This document shows, piece by piece, positions 9,313 through 21,884 of a stretch of DNA of 45,478 bases. How positions within the stretch are numbered: position 1 is the stretch's first letter; the number at the start of each line of letters is the position of its first letter. This stretch comes from an uncultured Fidelibacterota bacterium. GTDB taxonomy: Bacteria; Fidelibacterota; Marinisomatia; Marinisomatales; UBA1611. Made by a program: the position numbers and the translations under genes. The DNA is taken from positions 1-45,478 of the forward strand of contig CAJWHW010000015.1 of the NCBI GenBank assembly GCA_913040915.1. The letters are read 5' to 3'. Under the pieces are notes generated by a model, which saw nothing but the letters and a program-made list of their open reading frames with translations, was not told the origin of the DNA and ran no database searches.

Positions 9313-9398
9313 TTTAAATATCAATTATCATTTTAAAAAAAGCCGGTGAATATAACCTTTGGCTTCTCACTGGGGCAAGGATAGAGGATTAGATTCAT

Positions 9399-10586
9399 TT
9401 AATCAATTAATCCTAACTTTTTACCCACCTTCGTGAATTTACCAACTGCTTCGTCTAAATGTTCTTTTTTCATAGCCGCTGAAATTTGAACTCGTATTCT
9501 GGCTTGTCCTTTGGGTACAACGGGGAAATAAAATCCAACCACATAAATTCCTTCTTTCAACATTTCAGTTGCCATTTTCTGAGCTAATATGGCATCATAG
9601 AGCATGATAGGAACAATGGGGTGAATTCCATGCAGAATATTAAACCCTCTTTCAGACATCTGTTTTCGAAAATAAATTGTATTTTCTTCCAATTTATCTC
9701 TTAGCTCTGTTGTGGATGATAACATAGTGAACACTTTATTTCCTGCCGCGACGATAGCAGGTGCAACCGTATTTGAAAAAAGATAGGGACGTGATCGTTG
9801 ACGCAATAAATCAATAATCTCCTGACGCCCTGTTGTAAAACCACCGGAAGCGCCTCCGAGGGCTTTACCCATGGTTGAAGTAATTATATCGACTTTTTCC
9901 ATTACACCAAAATATTCAGCTGATCCACGGCCTGTTTTTCCAATCAAACCAGTAGCGTGACTATCATCCACCATTACCATTGCGCTATATTTTTCCGCCA
10001 ATTCAGTTATTTTATCTAACTTTGCAATATAGCCATCCATAGAAAAAACACCATCTGTAGCAATCATCTTAAGCCGTGCTCCCCTTGCTTCTTCCAATTT
10101 AGCTTCCAGATCTGTCATGTCGCTGTTTTTATAGCGGTATAGTTTTGCTTTACAGAGCCTTATTCCATCAATAATGGAAGCATGATTCAATTCATCAGAG
10201 ATCACTGCATCTTCCGGTCCCATAATTGTTTCAAATAACCCACCATTGGCATCAAAACAGGATGTATAAAGGATAGTATCATCTGTTTCAAAATATTCTG
10301 AAATTTTTTGTTCCAACTTTTTATGCAAATCTTGTGTCCCGCAGATGAATCGAACTGAGGCCATCCCAAATCCATAGTCATCCATGGCAGTTTTTGCAGC
10401 GGAAATAAGGTCTGGATGGCTGGCAAGACCAAGATAATTGTTTGCACAAAAATTTAGAACTTCACCGGCTTGCTTTGTTGAGATGTCCACTCCTTGGGGT
10501 GTGGTAATGGTTCGTTCTTTTTTAAAGAGTCCTTCTGCATCAATTTGGTTAAGAATATCTGTAAAATATTTTTTTGTATCATTCAT
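9399..10586 (-). CDS. kbl: 2-amino-3-ketobutyrate CoA ligase (glycine C-acetyltransferase)
   Basis: [27 protein letters not shown] and PLP-lysine motif [12 protein letters not shown]. Adjacent to tdh. Confidence 0.95.
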   Translation of the reverse strand: MNDTKKYFTDILNQIDAEGLFKKERTITTPQGVDISTKQAGEVLNFCANNYLGLASHPDLISAAKTAMDDYGFGMASVRFICGTQDLHKKLEQKISEYFETDDTILYTSCFDANGGLFETIMGPEDAVISDELNHASIIDGIRLCKAKLYRYKNSDMTDLEAKLEEARGARLKMIATDGVFSMDGYIAKLDKITELAEKYSAMVMVDDSHATGLIGKTGRGSAEYFGVMEKVDIITSTMGKALGGASGGFTTGRQEIIDLLRQRSRPYLFSNTVAPAIVAAGNKVFTMLSSTTELRDKLEENTIYFRKQMSERGFNILHGIHPIVPIMLYDAILAQKMATEMLKEGIYVVGFYFPVVPKGQARIRVQISAAMKKEHLDEAVGKFTKVGKKLGLID

Positions 10587-10653
10587 CTTAATCAAGCAAT
10601 GATTTCAAGACTAATTTTATAATTATTTAACAATTTATTATCCTTTTTTAGGA

Positions 10654-11676
10654 TTACCATTCCAACAGAACTTTTCCGGAATTCCCAGATTCCATAATTT
10701 CAAATCCTTTTTGGAAATCATTAACTGGTAACTGATGCGTTAGAACTTTAGATATATCCAGTCCGCTTCTCAACATTTGAGTCATCTTGTACCAGGTCTC
10801 ATACATTTCCCGGCCATAAATCCCTTTTATTTGGAGTCCTTTAAATATGATGTCATCCCAGGAAATTTGTGTTGATTCAGGAAGGAGACCCAGAAGAGCG
10901 ATTTTACCACCATGATACATATTATTGAGCATACTTTTAAATGCTGTAGGATTACCTGACATTTCAAGCCCTATATCAAATCCGTTGGACATATTTAATT
11001 CATTAAATACATCAGATATTTTTTGTTTATTTACATTCACTACCTTTGATGCACCTATTTTTTTAGCCAGTTCAAGCCGGTAATCATTCACATCAGTAAT
11101 CACCACATGTCTTGCTCCAACAAAATTACAAATAGCTACAGCCATAATTCCAATAGGGCCTGCACCTGTGATAAGAACATCTTCACCTACCATTTCAAAT
11201 GATAGAGCGGTATGTATAGCATTGCCGTAAGGATCAAAAAATGCTGCAATTTCTGAAGGTATATCCTTATGAATCGGCCATACATTTGACTCCGGAATAA
11301 CCAAATATTCTGCGAAAGCACCGTTCATCTGGATGCCAATGCCCACGGTTCGATGACATAGATGCCTTTTCCCGGCGCGACAATTTCGGCAATAACCACA
11401 AGTAATGTGGCCTTCACCAGAAACACGATCTCCAGGTTTGTAGTGAGTTACACCATTGCCAACCTCTACTACAATCCCGCAAAATTCATGACCTGTAACT
11501 AGAGGAAGCTCTAGTGTGCGCTGAGCCCAGTCATCCCATTTAAAAATATGGAGGTCCGTACCGCAAATCGCCGTATGAGTGATTTTGATTTTTACATGAT
11601 TTGTTTTACACACTGGTTCTGGAATATCAACCATCCACATTCCACGTTCAGGAGATTTCTTAATAAGTGCTTTCAT
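10654..11676 (-). CDS. tdh: L-threonine 3-dehydrogenase
   Basis: Starts MKALIK at 11676. Motifs [12 protein letters not shown], the zinc motif CGYCRNC..HLC, GAGPIG and [14 protein letters not shown]. Confidence 0.95.
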   Translation of the reverse strand: MKALIKKSPERGMWMVDIPEPVCKTNHVKIKITHTAICGTDLHIFKWDDWAQRTLELPLVTGHEFCGIVVEVGNGVTHYKPGDRVSGEGHITCGYCRNCRAGKRHLCHRTVGIGIQMNGAFAEYLVIPESNVWPIHKDIPSEIAAFFDPYGNAIHTALSFEMVGEDVLITGAGPIGIMAVAICNFVGARHVVITDVNDYRLELAKKIGASKVVNVNKQKISDVFNELNMSNGFDIGLEMSGNPTAFKSMLNNMYHGGKIALLGLLPESTQISWDDIIFKGLQIKGIYGREMYETWYKMTQMLRSGLDISKVLTHQLPVNDFQKGFEIMESGNSGKVLLEW

Positions 11677-11847
11677 TTTTATTAGTCTAATTAACTTAGA
11701 TTTGAATTTAAAATTTAAGATATTAATTGGAATGAATTTACGTTTAACATTATCCTTCATCAGGTGTATAGTAAACCGTAAAAATATCTCAATCAAATCT
11801 TAATCCTAGCCTAAATTCCATTCCCAAATTTTTTTTATTTTCATTCG

Positions 11848-12612
11848 ATGGCTACAGTTTTAGCATTTACAAATCAAAAAGGAGGTGTGGGTAAAACCAC
11901 ATCTGCAGTTAATGTTGCATTGAGTCTTGCAGTATCAGAAGTAAATACTTTATTGATTGATCTGGATCCGCAGGCTAATGCAACAACTGGCTTGTCGGAC
12001 CTTTTCGAAAGTTCAGATGGATCTATTTATGATGTATTGTTAAAAGGTGATGGTATGGAGGAAGCAATCATTAAAACTACCTTCACACATTTAGATATTA
12101 TTCCTTCAACTAATGATCTTGTTGGTGCGGAGATTGAATTAGTGAGCGTGATGGCAAGAGAATATCAACTCCAAAAATCTCTTAAAAAGATCAAAAAAAA
12201 ATACGATATTATTATCATTGACTGCCCACCATCGCTAGGGCTTCTAACTATCAATGCTTTAACGGCATCTAACGCTCTTGTAATTCCGATTCAATGTGAA
12301 TATTATGCTCTTGAAGGTTTGGGCCAGCTACTAAACACGGTTAGACTTGTCCAAAGGCATCTAAACAAGAAATTAGAGATAGCAGGAATTTTGATGACGA
12401 TGTATGATAGTCGTCTAAATTTATCGAAACAGGTTGTTGAAGAAGTAGATGGATTTTTTAAGGATAAATTGTTTAAAACATTGATTCATCGTAATGTTCG
12501 ATTAAGCGAGGCTCCAAGTTTTGGAAAACCAGCTTTGCTTTATGATGCTAATTCAACAGGAGCAAGAAATTATATGAGTTTGACAGAGGAGATTCTCCAA
12601 CGTGTCACCTAA
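11848..12612 (+). CDS. parA: Chromosome partitioning ATPase ParA/Soj
   Basis: NQKGGVGKTT, DLDPQANAT, IDCPPSLG, QCEYYALEG and RNVRLSEAPSFG. Confidence 0.96.
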   Translation: MATVLAFTNQKGGVGKTTSAVNVALSLAVSEVNTLLIDLDPQANATTGLSDLFESSDGSIYDVLLKGDGMEEAIIKTTFTHLDIIPSTNDLVGAEIELVSVMAREYQLQKSLKKIKKKYDIIIIDCPPSLGLLTINALTASNALVIPIQCEYYALEGLGQLLNTVRLVQRHLNKKLEIAGILMTMYDSRLNLSKQVVEEVDGFFKDKLFKTLIHRNVRLSEAPSFGKPALLYDANSTGARNYMSLTEEILQRVT

Positions 12613-13483
12613 TAGATTAGGAAAAGGGCTTGAAGCTCTTATTCGTCCGAAAAAAGAGCGAAAGAAAAAACCTCTAAAAAGTACTGTTTCTGCAAAGCCA
12701 GGCGTAACTGAGATCCCACTAAAAAATATCCTACCAAATCCAAAACAACCTAGGCAGGATTTTGATCCAGCTGCTTTGGAAGAACTTGCAGCATCTATCA
12801 AAGAAAAAGGTGTACTGACACCAATCACGGTACGTGAGGCTGATGATCATTATCAAATTATCGCAGGCGAAAGGCGTTGGAGAGCATCAAAAATATGCCG
12901 AAAGAGAACCATCCCTGCTTATCTTATTTCCGTAAAAGACGAAGCAGAAATGATGGAAGTAGCGTTGATTGAGAATATTCAACGTGAAGATCTTAATCCA
13001 TTGGATGAATCAGAAGCTTACGCAGTTTTAAATTCGAAATTTGAGATGTCTCATGAAGCAATAGCTAAAGCGGTAGGTAAAAAACGTGTAACTATTTCTA
13101 ATTCATTACGCTTATTAAAACTGCCACTCGAAATTCGAGAAAGTTTACGGACTAGAGAAATATCTGCCGGACATGCGAGAACAATCTTACAGGCAAAAAC
13201 TGGTCCTGCAATGCATAAGATATGGAGAAAAATTTTAAAAAATAATTTGAGTGTCCGCGGTGCAGAAGCACTGGTGAAAACTTTAACAAAAGCTGGGAAA
13301 AATAAAAAAGTAAAGATCATAAAAAACCCACCGCAAGTTCAGGCTTTGGAAAATCAATTAATAGAAATTTTAGGTACAAAAGTAAAATTGAGGCTGGGTA
13401 AAAAAGGTGGCTTTATTGAAATTTCTTATTTCTCTGATGATGATTTAGAACGAATTTTAGAATTAATTCAAACAATTCAATAA
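12602..13483 (+). CDS. parB: Chromosome partitioning protein ParB/Spo0J
   Basis: LGKGLEALI, PNPKQPR, IIAGERRWRA, ENIQREDL and an HTH region. Confidence 0.96.
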   Translation: MSPNRLGKGLEALIRPKKERKKKPLKSTVSAKPGVTEIPLKNILPNPKQPRQDFDPAALEELAASIKEKGVLTPITVREADDHYQIIAGERRWRASKICRKRTIPAYLISVKDEAEMMEVALIENIQREDLNPLDESEAYAVLNSKFEMSHEAIAKAVGKKRVTISNSLRLLKLPLEIRESLRTREISAGHARTILQAKTGPAMHKIWRKILKNNLSVRGAEALVKTLTKAGKNKKVKIIKNPPQVQALENQLIEILGTKVKLRLGKKGGFIEISYFSDDDLERILELIQTIQ

Positions 13484-13489
13484 AGACTC

Positions 13490-14278
13490 ATGAAAACAGA
13501 TAAATATACTATTATGTTTATTCCAGATGATGAATCTAAATCAAGATCAATTCATGTCTCGAGAAATATTATTAAATCGGCAATATGGATTGGTGGAATT
13601 TTATTTTTAGTTTTTTCTGCATCCCTTTACATTTATTTCACGCAATTAACAGAATTTGTAGAGATAAAGAAACGTCACGATAAATTCGTTGAAGAAAGAA
13701 TTAAAGTTTTTGATCTAACACGTGATTTGGAGCGACTCAGTCAAATGGATCAGATGGTGCGTCATACGCTTGGTACCAAACTGGATATTGATAATAAGCC
13801 TGTTATTTCAGATAGCTTAATCGGATCAATCATAGATATAAATAATCAGATTTCATTTATTGAAAACATTCCATCGGTTGCACCTATACAGGGTTATGTG
13901 AGCCAAAGGTCAGGAAAGGCTGGACTCTTTATAACAAAAACACATCACGGAATTGATATTGTGGCAAAAGAGGGTGAGCCTATTTTGGCATCAGCTTCAG
14001 GCGTTGTAGTTTTTTCAGGCTGGACATATGAATTTGGAAACTTAATTATCATTTATCATGGTGATGATTATTTCACTCATTATGGACATAACCAAAATAA
14101 TTTGAAAAAACAATTGGATATAGTAACCCGTGGCGAAGTTATTGGACTAGTAGGTAATACTGGTGTGTCATCTGGTCCACATTTACATTTTGAAGTATGG
14201 AAAGAATTTACTGCAATGGATCCTTTGGTCTTTTTTCCAGAATACCGTGCAGTGGATTTAACTTCTCTAGATGAGTAA
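13490..14278 (+). CDS. Membrane-anchored M23 family peptidase
   Basis: N-terminal TM helix and short coiled coil, zinc motifs HHGID and GPHLHFE. Confidence 0.9.
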   Translation: MKTDKYTIMFIPDDESKSRSIHVSRNIIKSAIWIGGILFLVFSASLYIYFTQLTEFVEIKKRHDKFVEERIKVFDLTRDLERLSQMDQMVRHTLGTKLDIDNKPVISDSLIGSIIDINNQISFIENIPSVAPIQGYVSQRSGKAGLFITKTHHGIDIVAKEGEPILASASGVVVFSGWTYEFGNLIIIYHGDDYFTHYGHNQNNLKKQLDIVTRGEVIGLVGNTGVSSGPHLHFEVWKEFTAMDPLVFFPEYRAVDLTSLDE

Positions 14279-14633
14279 GATTAATTTTCAAAATGTGCAT
14301 ACCATGATTGGCGCTGATGCAAAGATTGTTGGTCCGGTTGATCTTAAGGAAGGTATTATTATTTATGGACAAATCTATGGTGATGTGACTACTGATGGGC
14401 CTGTTCGTGTTGCTCAAAATGCTGTGGTACAGGGAAATATCATTGGGAAACATATCCGTATCGGTGGAACGGTTCTTGGAAATATTCATTCAGATGGACA
14501 AGTTATTCTTGGTAAAAAATGTGTTTTAAAGGGTGATATAATCTACAGAAAACTGTTGATCGAAGATGGGGCGCTTTTTGAAGGGAAATGCGATTTACTT
14601 AATATAAAAGAGAGTACCGAAACATCTGAATAA
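14271..14633 (+). CDS. Bactofilin (CcmA-like polymer-forming cytoskeletal protein)
   Basis: Beta-helix pattern TMIGADAKIVG..IYGQIYGDV..VQGNI..LKGDI..LLIEDGALFEGKC. Confidence 0.9.
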   Translation: MSKINFQNVHTMIGADAKIVGPVDLKEGIIIYGQIYGDVTTDGPVRVAQNAVVQGNIIGKHIRIGGTVLGNIHSDGQVILGKKCVLKGDIIYRKLLIEDGALFEGKCDLLNIKESTETSE

Positions 14634-14636
14634 AAA

Positions 14637-14891
14637 ATGTCCGATACAAATAGTCCAAATAATTTTGATTGGGGTAAATCATTTACATATTTCCAAAAAA
14701 TAGTCAAAGAAGCAGGTCCCGCTGCCACGGCATCATATACTTTAACTGTTTCAATCATAATCTTTATTCTTCTTGGATGGTATATTGATTTATCTACAGA
14801 CTCATCACCTTGGGGTGTAATTATTGGTTTGCTTTTTGGGCTTATGACAGGCTTTTATCATCTTGCTAAGACTATCTGGAAAGAAGACTAA
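14637..14891 (+). CDS. AtpZ/AtpI family membrane protein
   Basis: Two TM helices with LGWYID..SPWGVIIGLLFG; first gene of the atp cluster. Confidence 0.8.
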   Translation: MSDTNSPNNFDWGKSFTYFQKIVKEAGPAATASYTLTVSIIIFILLGWYIDLSTDSSPWGVIIGLLFGLMTGFYHLAKTIWKED

Positions 14892-14893
14892 TA

Positions 14894-15238
14894 ATGAAAT
14901 TGATTATTTATGGACTCATATTCTCTGCAGGTATTCTTGGGCTGACTATTGGAATTTACCCACAGTATTTATTTGAGCTATTTCTGGGATGGTTTATTCC
15001 AGCTGTCGCAGGGTTTGCGACAATTTATTTTGTTATGGATGCAGCCAAAAAAGATGCTCAACTAGTTACGAAAGTACTCACAAAAGGTTTCGTTATAAAG
15101 ATGATCTATTACGGTATAATAATACTAATTTCTTATAAACTTTATGCTTTTGAACCAGTTCCTTTTATCATTAGCTTCACTGGCTTTTTTCTAGTGCTTC
15201 ATGCACTGGAAGCAGTGATTATAAAAGACATTTCATAG
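14894..15238 (+). CDS. Probable ATP synthase protein I (four TM helices)
   Basis: Hydrophobic 114-aa ORF immediately before atpB; assignment is mainly positional. Confidence 0.65.
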   Translation: MKLIIYGLIFSAGILGLTIGIYPQYLFELFLGWFIPAVAGFATIYFVMDAAKKDAQLVTKVLTKGFVIKMIYYGIIILISYKLYAFEPVPFIISFTGFFLVLHALEAVIIKDIS

Positions 15239-15273
15239 TAAAATAACTCTTAACTTTAAAAATTAAAAACAGC

Positions 15274-16203
15274 ATGACTGTAGCTGAAGCTGGTCACGGT
15301 TCGAAGAGTGTAATGGGGCAGGTTGGACCAAATATTATCCACCATGTTTCTAATTCTGATTTATCTCACCCTATCATATCAATACCAACCCTTTTAGGTA
15401 TAGATTTTTCCGTAACAAAACATGTATTCATGCTTTGGTTGGTAGCTGTTTTAGTTGGCATATCTATCATTGTGCCTGTAAGGAGATTCCTTGCCAGTAG
15501 TCTTGAAGTCCCAAAAGGATGGGTGAATGCAGTTGAAGCTATTGTACAATTTATCAGGGATACAATTGTTAAACCAAATGTAGGTCCCAAATGGGTTCTC
15601 ACTTGGACTCCGCTGATGCTTACATTTTTCTTTTTTATTCTTTTTGCAAATGGTATTGGCATGGTACCAATATTTGATATTTTAGGTGCTATTAACCGAT
15701 TTGTATTGGGTGTGCCAGGAAGTGATTCTCACAATGTAATTAATGGAATGCTTCACGGTGGTGTAACAGCCACCGGTAATTTTAATGTGACTGCAGGGTT
15801 GGCAACAATTACATTCTTTGCAATTATTGTAGGCGGCACTTTAGCTCATGGTTTTATTCAGCATTGGAAAAATTTAGTGCCTCATGGATTAGCATGGCCC
15901 GTTTATATCATTTTAATTCCTATTGAAATTATGGGACTTTTAGTAAAACCGTTCGCCCTGACCATGCGTTTAGCTGCCAACATGACTGGAGGACACATTG
16001 CAATTCTAGCACTTCTTTCTCTTATGGCTATTTTTGGCGAAATGTTTCATAGCACAATTGCAGGAGTGGGTGTGGCTTTTATATCTGTCCCTATGGCTGT
16101 GGCTATATCAGGTTTAGAAATTATTGTTGTCTTGGTACAGGCTTATGTTTTCACACTTTTAACATCTGTCTTTATCGGAATGGCAATTAATGTTCATCAT
16201 TAA
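15274..16203 (+). CDS. atpB: ATP synthase Fo subunit a
   Basis: TATGNFNVT, PIEIMGLLVKPFALTMRLAANMTGGH (essential Arg) and VQAYVFTLLT. Confidence 0.96.
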   Translation: MTVAEAGHGSKSVMGQVGPNIIHHVSNSDLSHPIISIPTLLGIDFSVTKHVFMLWLVAVLVGISIIVPVRRFLASSLEVPKGWVNAVEAIVQFIRDTIVKPNVGPKWVLTWTPLMLTFFFFILFANGIGMVPIFDILGAINRFVLGVPGSDSHNVINGMLHGGVTATGNFNVTAGLATITFFAIIVGGTLAHGFIQHWKNLVPHGLAWPVYIILIPIEIMGLLVKPFALTMRLAANMTGGHIAILALLSLMAIFGEMFHSTIAGVGVAFISVPMAVAISGLEIIVVLVQAYVFTLLTSVFIGMAINVHH

Positions 16204-16229
16204 TGAATAACAAAAGGAAATAAATAACT

Positions 16230-16445
16230 ATGGAAGCAACTACATTTCTCCCTATAGGTATGGGATTAATCGTGATCGGTGCTGGCCTTGGAATTGGTCG
16301 TTTTGCAGCTGCAGCTGCAGAAAGTATTGCACGCCAACCAGAAGCTGCCGATAAGATTACTGGTGCTGTAAACTTGCCACTATTCCTTCTCGAAGGTGTT
16401 GCAATTCTTGCAGAAGTTTTTACTTTTTTAATGCTGATTCTTTAA
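16230..16445 (+). CDS. atpE: ATP synthase Fo subunit c
   Basis: GAGLGIG, RQPEA loop and ion-binding Glu55 (LLEGVA). Confidence 0.95.
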   Translation: MEATTFLPIGMGLIVIGAGLGIGRFAAAAAESIARQPEAADKITGAVNLPLFLLEGVAILAEVFTFLMLIL

Positions 16446-16465
16446 TCAGAAAATCATAAAACACT

Positions 16466-17041
16466 ATGGATCAATTTTGGGTAATACCTGGAGAGTCTGA
16501 CCTCCATGAATCTACGCAAATTCATAACGGCGTAAATGCTCCCAACCCATTAGTTCAATTAGACCCAGGCTTGTTCATTTGGACAATCCTGACCTTCTTG
16601 ATTCTATTTATTGTATTGGCAAAATTTGCCTGGAGGCCATTGCTGACTGCATTGGAATCGAGAGAAAATACAATCAAATCTTCATTGGAAGATGCTGAGA
16701 AGGCTAAGTTAGAACTAGAACGTCTTAATACAGAATCGGAAGAAATTATAGCCAAAGCCAGGTCCGAAGCTCAATCTATTCGTACTGAAGCAAAAGCTAC
16801 AGCAGAAAAAATTAAAGCAGATGGGATGGTCCAGGCTAGTGAAGATGCAAAAAAGTTAAGAGAAGAAGCTGAAAAACAGATCCAAGTTGAAAAGAATAAA
16901 GCAATCAATGAAATTCGCAGTGAAGTTGTAGATCTCACTATGAGTGTAGCAGAGAAGATCATTAAAAAAAATCTGTCTAAAGAAGATAATCAATCATTGA
17001 TTGAAGATTCTATTAGAAACCTAAAAGGCTATGATGCATAA
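16466..17041 (+). CDS. atpF: ATP synthase Fo subunit b
   Basis: PGLFIWTILTF..KFAWRP..LESRE followed by a coiled coil; ~25-aa N-terminal extension. Confidence 0.93.
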   Translation: MDQFWVIPGESDLHESTQIHNGVNAPNPLVQLDPGLFIWTILTFLILFIVLAKFAWRPLLTALESRENTIKSSLEDAEKAKLELERLNTESEEIIAKARSEAQSIRTEAKATAEKIKADGMVQASEDAKKLREEAEKQIQVEKNKAINEIRSEVVDLTMSVAEKIIKKNLSKEDNQSLIEDSIRNLKGYDA

Positions 17042-17570
17042 AAAATCTGCAAAGCACCTTGCTGATGCTTTATATGCTACAGCAGAACAGAATTCTCTTC
17101 TGGACGTCGTATACAATGTCTTGAATCACTTAAATAACTTAGTGAAAACTGAGTCTCAATTTCGAGCCTTTGTTCAGTCCAAAAGAATCAAAAGAGAGGA
17201 AAAGGCAAAAATCCTGAATAAAGTAATGGGAGATGATGGGTATCGATTAGTTGCAGAATTAATCTCCCATTTTCATGGAAGCCAAGCTAGAACAGTTTTG
17301 AGCCAAGTGGTAGAATTATTTAATCAGCGATATAAGTCTGGTAGAAATATTATGTCTGTTATCGGTACGATTTCCCACGAACTTGGTGAAGAGCAACAAT
17401 CTTCTTTGAAATCAAATCTAGAGCTAATACTTGGTAAGAATACAGATCTATACTTGGAAGTAGATGAATCTTTGATTGGAGGAATTAAGCTCCGAATTGA
17501 AAACACTTTTCTGGATGCAACCATCCAGAATCAATTGCGAAACTTCCATTCTGAGTTAACGCAATCATAA
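17031..17570 (+). CDS. atpH: ATP synthase F1 subunit delta
   Basis: Position between atpF and atpA; VDESLIGGIKLRIENTFLDATI. Confidence 0.92.
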   Translation: MMHKKSAKHLADALYATAEQNSLLDVVYNVLNHLNNLVKTESQFRAFVQSKRIKREEKAKILNKVMGDDGYRLVAELISHFHGSQARTVLSQVVELFNQRYKSGRNIMSVIGTISHELGEEQQSSLKSNLELILGKNTDLYLEVDESLIGGIKLRIENTFLDATIQNQLRNFHSELTQS

Positions 17571-17584
17571 TAAATTAGGAAATC

Positions 17585-19108
17585 ATGGAAATAAATACTG
17601 ATCAATTAACACAGTTACTTCGCGAACAAATTGAAAAATTCGATGGTTCAGTTGATGTAGCAGAAGTTGGCGAAGTTATAGAAGTGGGTGACGGTGTTGC
17701 CCGTGTATCTGGTCTTGAAAATGTGATGAGCTCTGAGCTTGTCGAGCTTTCCAACGGTGTATTCGGCATGGCATTAAATCTTGAGGAGGATAATGTCGGT
17801 CTTGTGCTCTTTGGTGAATCTCGATTGGTTAAAGAAGGTGATTTAGCAAAGCGTACCGGTCGCGTAGTAGAGGTTCCTGTTGGTAATGCTATGCTGGGAC
17901 GTGTTGTGAATCCTTTGGGACAACCTATAGATGGTAAAGGTACCATTGATACACCTCATACACTCCCAATCGAACGAAAGGCACTGGGCGTAATGGCTCG
18001 TCAACCAGTAACAGAACCTCTTCAAACAGGAATTAAGGCCGTTGATAGCATGATCCCCATTGGTCGTGGACAGCGTGAGCTAATTATTGGTGACCGTCAA
18101 ACAGGTAAAACTGCCGTAGCAATTGATGCAATTATCAATCAGAAATACACTCATAAAACAGATAAACCTGTTTACTGTATTTATGTTGCAATCGGACAAA
18201 AGGCATCCACTGTTGCTGCACTAGTCAAAGAATTAGAAGCTAATGGTGCCATGGAATACACTACTGTTGTTGCAGCAAATGCTTCTGACCCTGCTCCGAT
18301 GCAATACATCTCACCTTATGCAGGTGCTGCTATGGGTGAACATTTTCGCGATAATGGTAAACATGCCCTAATAGTATATGATGATCTTTCAAAACAGGCT
18401 GTAGCTTACCGCCAGATGTCACTGGTACTTCGCCGTCCACCAGGCAGGGAAGCTTTTCCTGGAGACGTTTTCTATCTTCATAGTCGATTGTTGGAACGTG
18501 CATCAAAATTATCTGATGATTTAGGTGGAGGTTCATTAACAGCTTTGCCAATCATTGAAACTCAGGAAGGTGATGTTTCAGCTTATATTCCTACTAATGT
18601 GATTTCCATCACAGATGGACAAATTTATCTTGAAACTAATTTATTTAATTCAGGAATTCGTCCCGCAATTGATGTAGGTTTGTCTGTCTCTCGTGTAGGT
18701 GGTAATGCACAGATTAAGGCAATGAAATCTGTTGCAGGTACCTTACGATTAGATTTAGCGCAATATCGTGAACTAGAAGCATTTGCAAAATTTGGTTCCG
18801 ATTTAGATAAAGCGACCTTGGCACAATTAACTCGCGGTGAAAGGATGGTAGAAATCCTAAAACAGAATCAATATGTTCCCATGGATGTTGAAAAACAGGT
18901 AGCGATTATTTTTGCTGCTTCAAAAGGTCATCTGGATGACCTCCCGGTAGATAATGTTGCTGATTTTGAATCTGGGTTATTTGAATATTTAGATGCTAAT
19001 GTTGCTAATACTTTAGCCACTATTGTCAGTGAAGGTAAAATTTCTGATGAAACAGCTGAAACATTAGAAAAAGCGATTATGGATTATAAAGTAGGGTTTA
19101 ACGCCTAA
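17585..19108 (+). CDS. atpA: ATP synthase F1 subunit alpha
   Basis: [16 protein letters not shown] and [21 protein letters not shown]. Confidence 0.99.
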   Translation: MEINTDQLTQLLREQIEKFDGSVDVAEVGEVIEVGDGVARVSGLENVMSSELVELSNGVFGMALNLEEDNVGLVLFGESRLVKEGDLAKRTGRVVEVPVGNAMLGRVVNPLGQPIDGKGTIDTPHTLPIERKALGVMARQPVTEPLQTGIKAVDSMIPIGRGQRELIIGDRQTGKTAVAIDAIINQKYTHKTDKPVYCIYVAIGQKASTVAALVKELEANGAMEYTTVVAANASDPAPMQYISPYAGAAMGEHFRDNGKHALIVYDDLSKQAVAYRQMSLVLRRPPGREAFPGDVFYLHSRLLERASKLSDDLGGGSLTALPIIETQEGDVSAYIPTNVISITDGQIYLETNLFNSGIRPAIDVGLSVSRVGGNAQIKAMKSVAGTLRLDLAQYRELEAFAKFGSDLDKATLAQLTRGERMVEILKQNQYVPMDVEKQVAIIFAASKGHLDDLPVDNVADFESGLFEYLDANVANTLATIVSEGKISDETAETLEKAIMDYKVGFNA

Positions 19109-19114
19109 AATTCA

Positions 19115-19963
19115 ATGGCGAACCTAAAGGATATCCGGAATCGCATTAAGTCGGTCAAAAGTATTCAGAAAGTAACTAAGGCTATGAAAATGGTTGCTGC
19201 TGCCAAAATGCGAAAAGCTCAGGAACGCATGGAACAGTCACGTCCTTACAGCAAGTCGTTAACAGAAGTGATTCAACATTTGCTACCAGATGTAGATAGA
19301 GAGATGCTCCCTTTATTAAACATCCGTGACATTAAAAGAAAAGCTTATGTTGTGGTTTCTGCAGACCGTGGATTGGCTGGTGCTTTTAATACTAATTTAA
19401 TCAAAATTGCTCAAAAAGAGATTGATGAGTTTGGAAAAGAAAACGTTGATTTATTCTGCATTGGTAAAAAAGCACGAGATCATTTTAAGCGTAGAAATTA
19501 TAATATTATTGAAAATCATATTGATTTCTGGAATGAGATGGAATTTGACTCAGCAATGATGATTGGAAGAAGTATTATTGATCATTTTACTAGCTGTAAG
19601 GTGGATGAGATTCATGTGGTCTACAATTATTTTGTGAATGTCGCTCAACAAGAAGTGAAATCTGAAGTGCTACTTCCATTAATCTATGAAGAAGACAATC
19701 CTATTGCACATGATAGACTATATGAACCATCCAAAGAAGTTTTAGCACAGACAATAATTCCCCGGCATCTTAATGTACAGATGTGGAAATATTTACTTGA
19801 ATCATATGCCAGTGAGCAAGCTGCTCGAATGTTATCCATGGAAAATGCTACTTCAAATGCTCAGGATATGATTAAAAGCTTAACATTAGAATTCAATAAG
19901 GCAAGGCAAGCTGCAATTACAACAGAAATGTTGGAAATCGTAAGTGGAGCCGAAGCTTTATAA
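19115..19963 (+). CDS. atpG: ATP synthase F1 subunit gamma
   Basis: KVTKAMKMVAAAK, DRGLAGAFN and NKARQAAITTEMLEIVSGAEAL. Confidence 0.98.
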   Translation: MANLKDIRNRIKSVKSIQKVTKAMKMVAAAKMRKAQERMEQSRPYSKSLTEVIQHLLPDVDREMLPLLNIRDIKRKAYVVVSADRGLAGAFNTNLIKIAQKEIDEFGKENVDLFCIGKKARDHFKRRNYNIIENHIDFWNEMEFDSAMMIGRSIIDHFTSCKVDEIHVVYNYFVNVAQQEVKSEVLLPLIYEEDNPIAHDRLYEPSKEVLAQTIIPRHLNVQMWKYLLESYASEQAARMLSMENATSNAQDMIKSLTLEFNKARQAAITTEMLEIVSGAEAL

Positions 19964-19974
19964 GGTTAACCTAA

Positions 19975-21387
<1,413 letters not shown>

Positions 21388-21389
21388 AT

Positions 21390-21788
21390 ATGAGTTCATT
21401 TAATCTAGAAATTGTAACACCAATTCGTGACTATAATTTGGAAGATGTAAGCTATGTACGTTGCCCTGGCTTGGATGGATTATTTGGTATCATGCATCAA
21501 CATCGTGAGGGAATTATTGCATTAATTGTTGGTGAAATCAAGGTAACACAACGTGGAAAACATGAATATTATGCAACCGGTGGTGGTTTTGCAGAAATCT
21601 TAAGTGATGGAGTTAAACTCTTAGTCGAATCATTAGAAAAATCATCGGAAATTGATGCAGGTCGAGCACAGCAGTCTCTGGATCGGGCCAAACAAAGAAA
21701 ATCTGACAAAAATACTGAATTGGATGATGCAAGAATAGATGCTTCTCTTACTAGAGCATTAAATCGTCTAAGAATTTCAAAACGATAA
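21390..21788 (+). CDS. atpC: ATP synthase F1 subunit epsilon
   Basis: FNLEIVTP, GLFGIM..H, GGFAEI and a C-terminal helical hairpin. Confidence 0.95.
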   Translation: MSSFNLEIVTPIRDYNLEDVSYVRCPGLDGLFGIMHQHREGIIALIVGEIKVTQRGKHEYYATGGGFAEILSDGVKLLVESLEKSSEIDAGRAQQSLDRAKQRKSDKNTELDDARIDASLTRALNRLRISKR

Positions 21789-21804
21789 TACTAGGTAAAA
21801 TTTG

Positions 21805-21848
21805 AAACAAAAAAACTCGAAACTTTATTTGTTTCGAGTTTTTTGTTT
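21805..21848 (+). terminator. Intrinsic terminator of the atp operon
   Basis: AAACAAAAAAACTCGAAAC-TTTATTT-GTTTCGAGTTTTTTGTTT. Confidence 0.85.
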
Positions 21849-21884
21849 ATAAACTAATTCAATAAAATTCTAATAAATTCAAAT

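Noticed and set aside
11677..11847. AT-rich divergent intergenic region beside parA as oriC or parS
   Set aside because: No convincing DnaA boxes (TTATCCACA) and no parS palindrome (TGTTTCACGTGAAACA) seen. The 40-aa N-terminal extension of tdh across this region is also likely not real.
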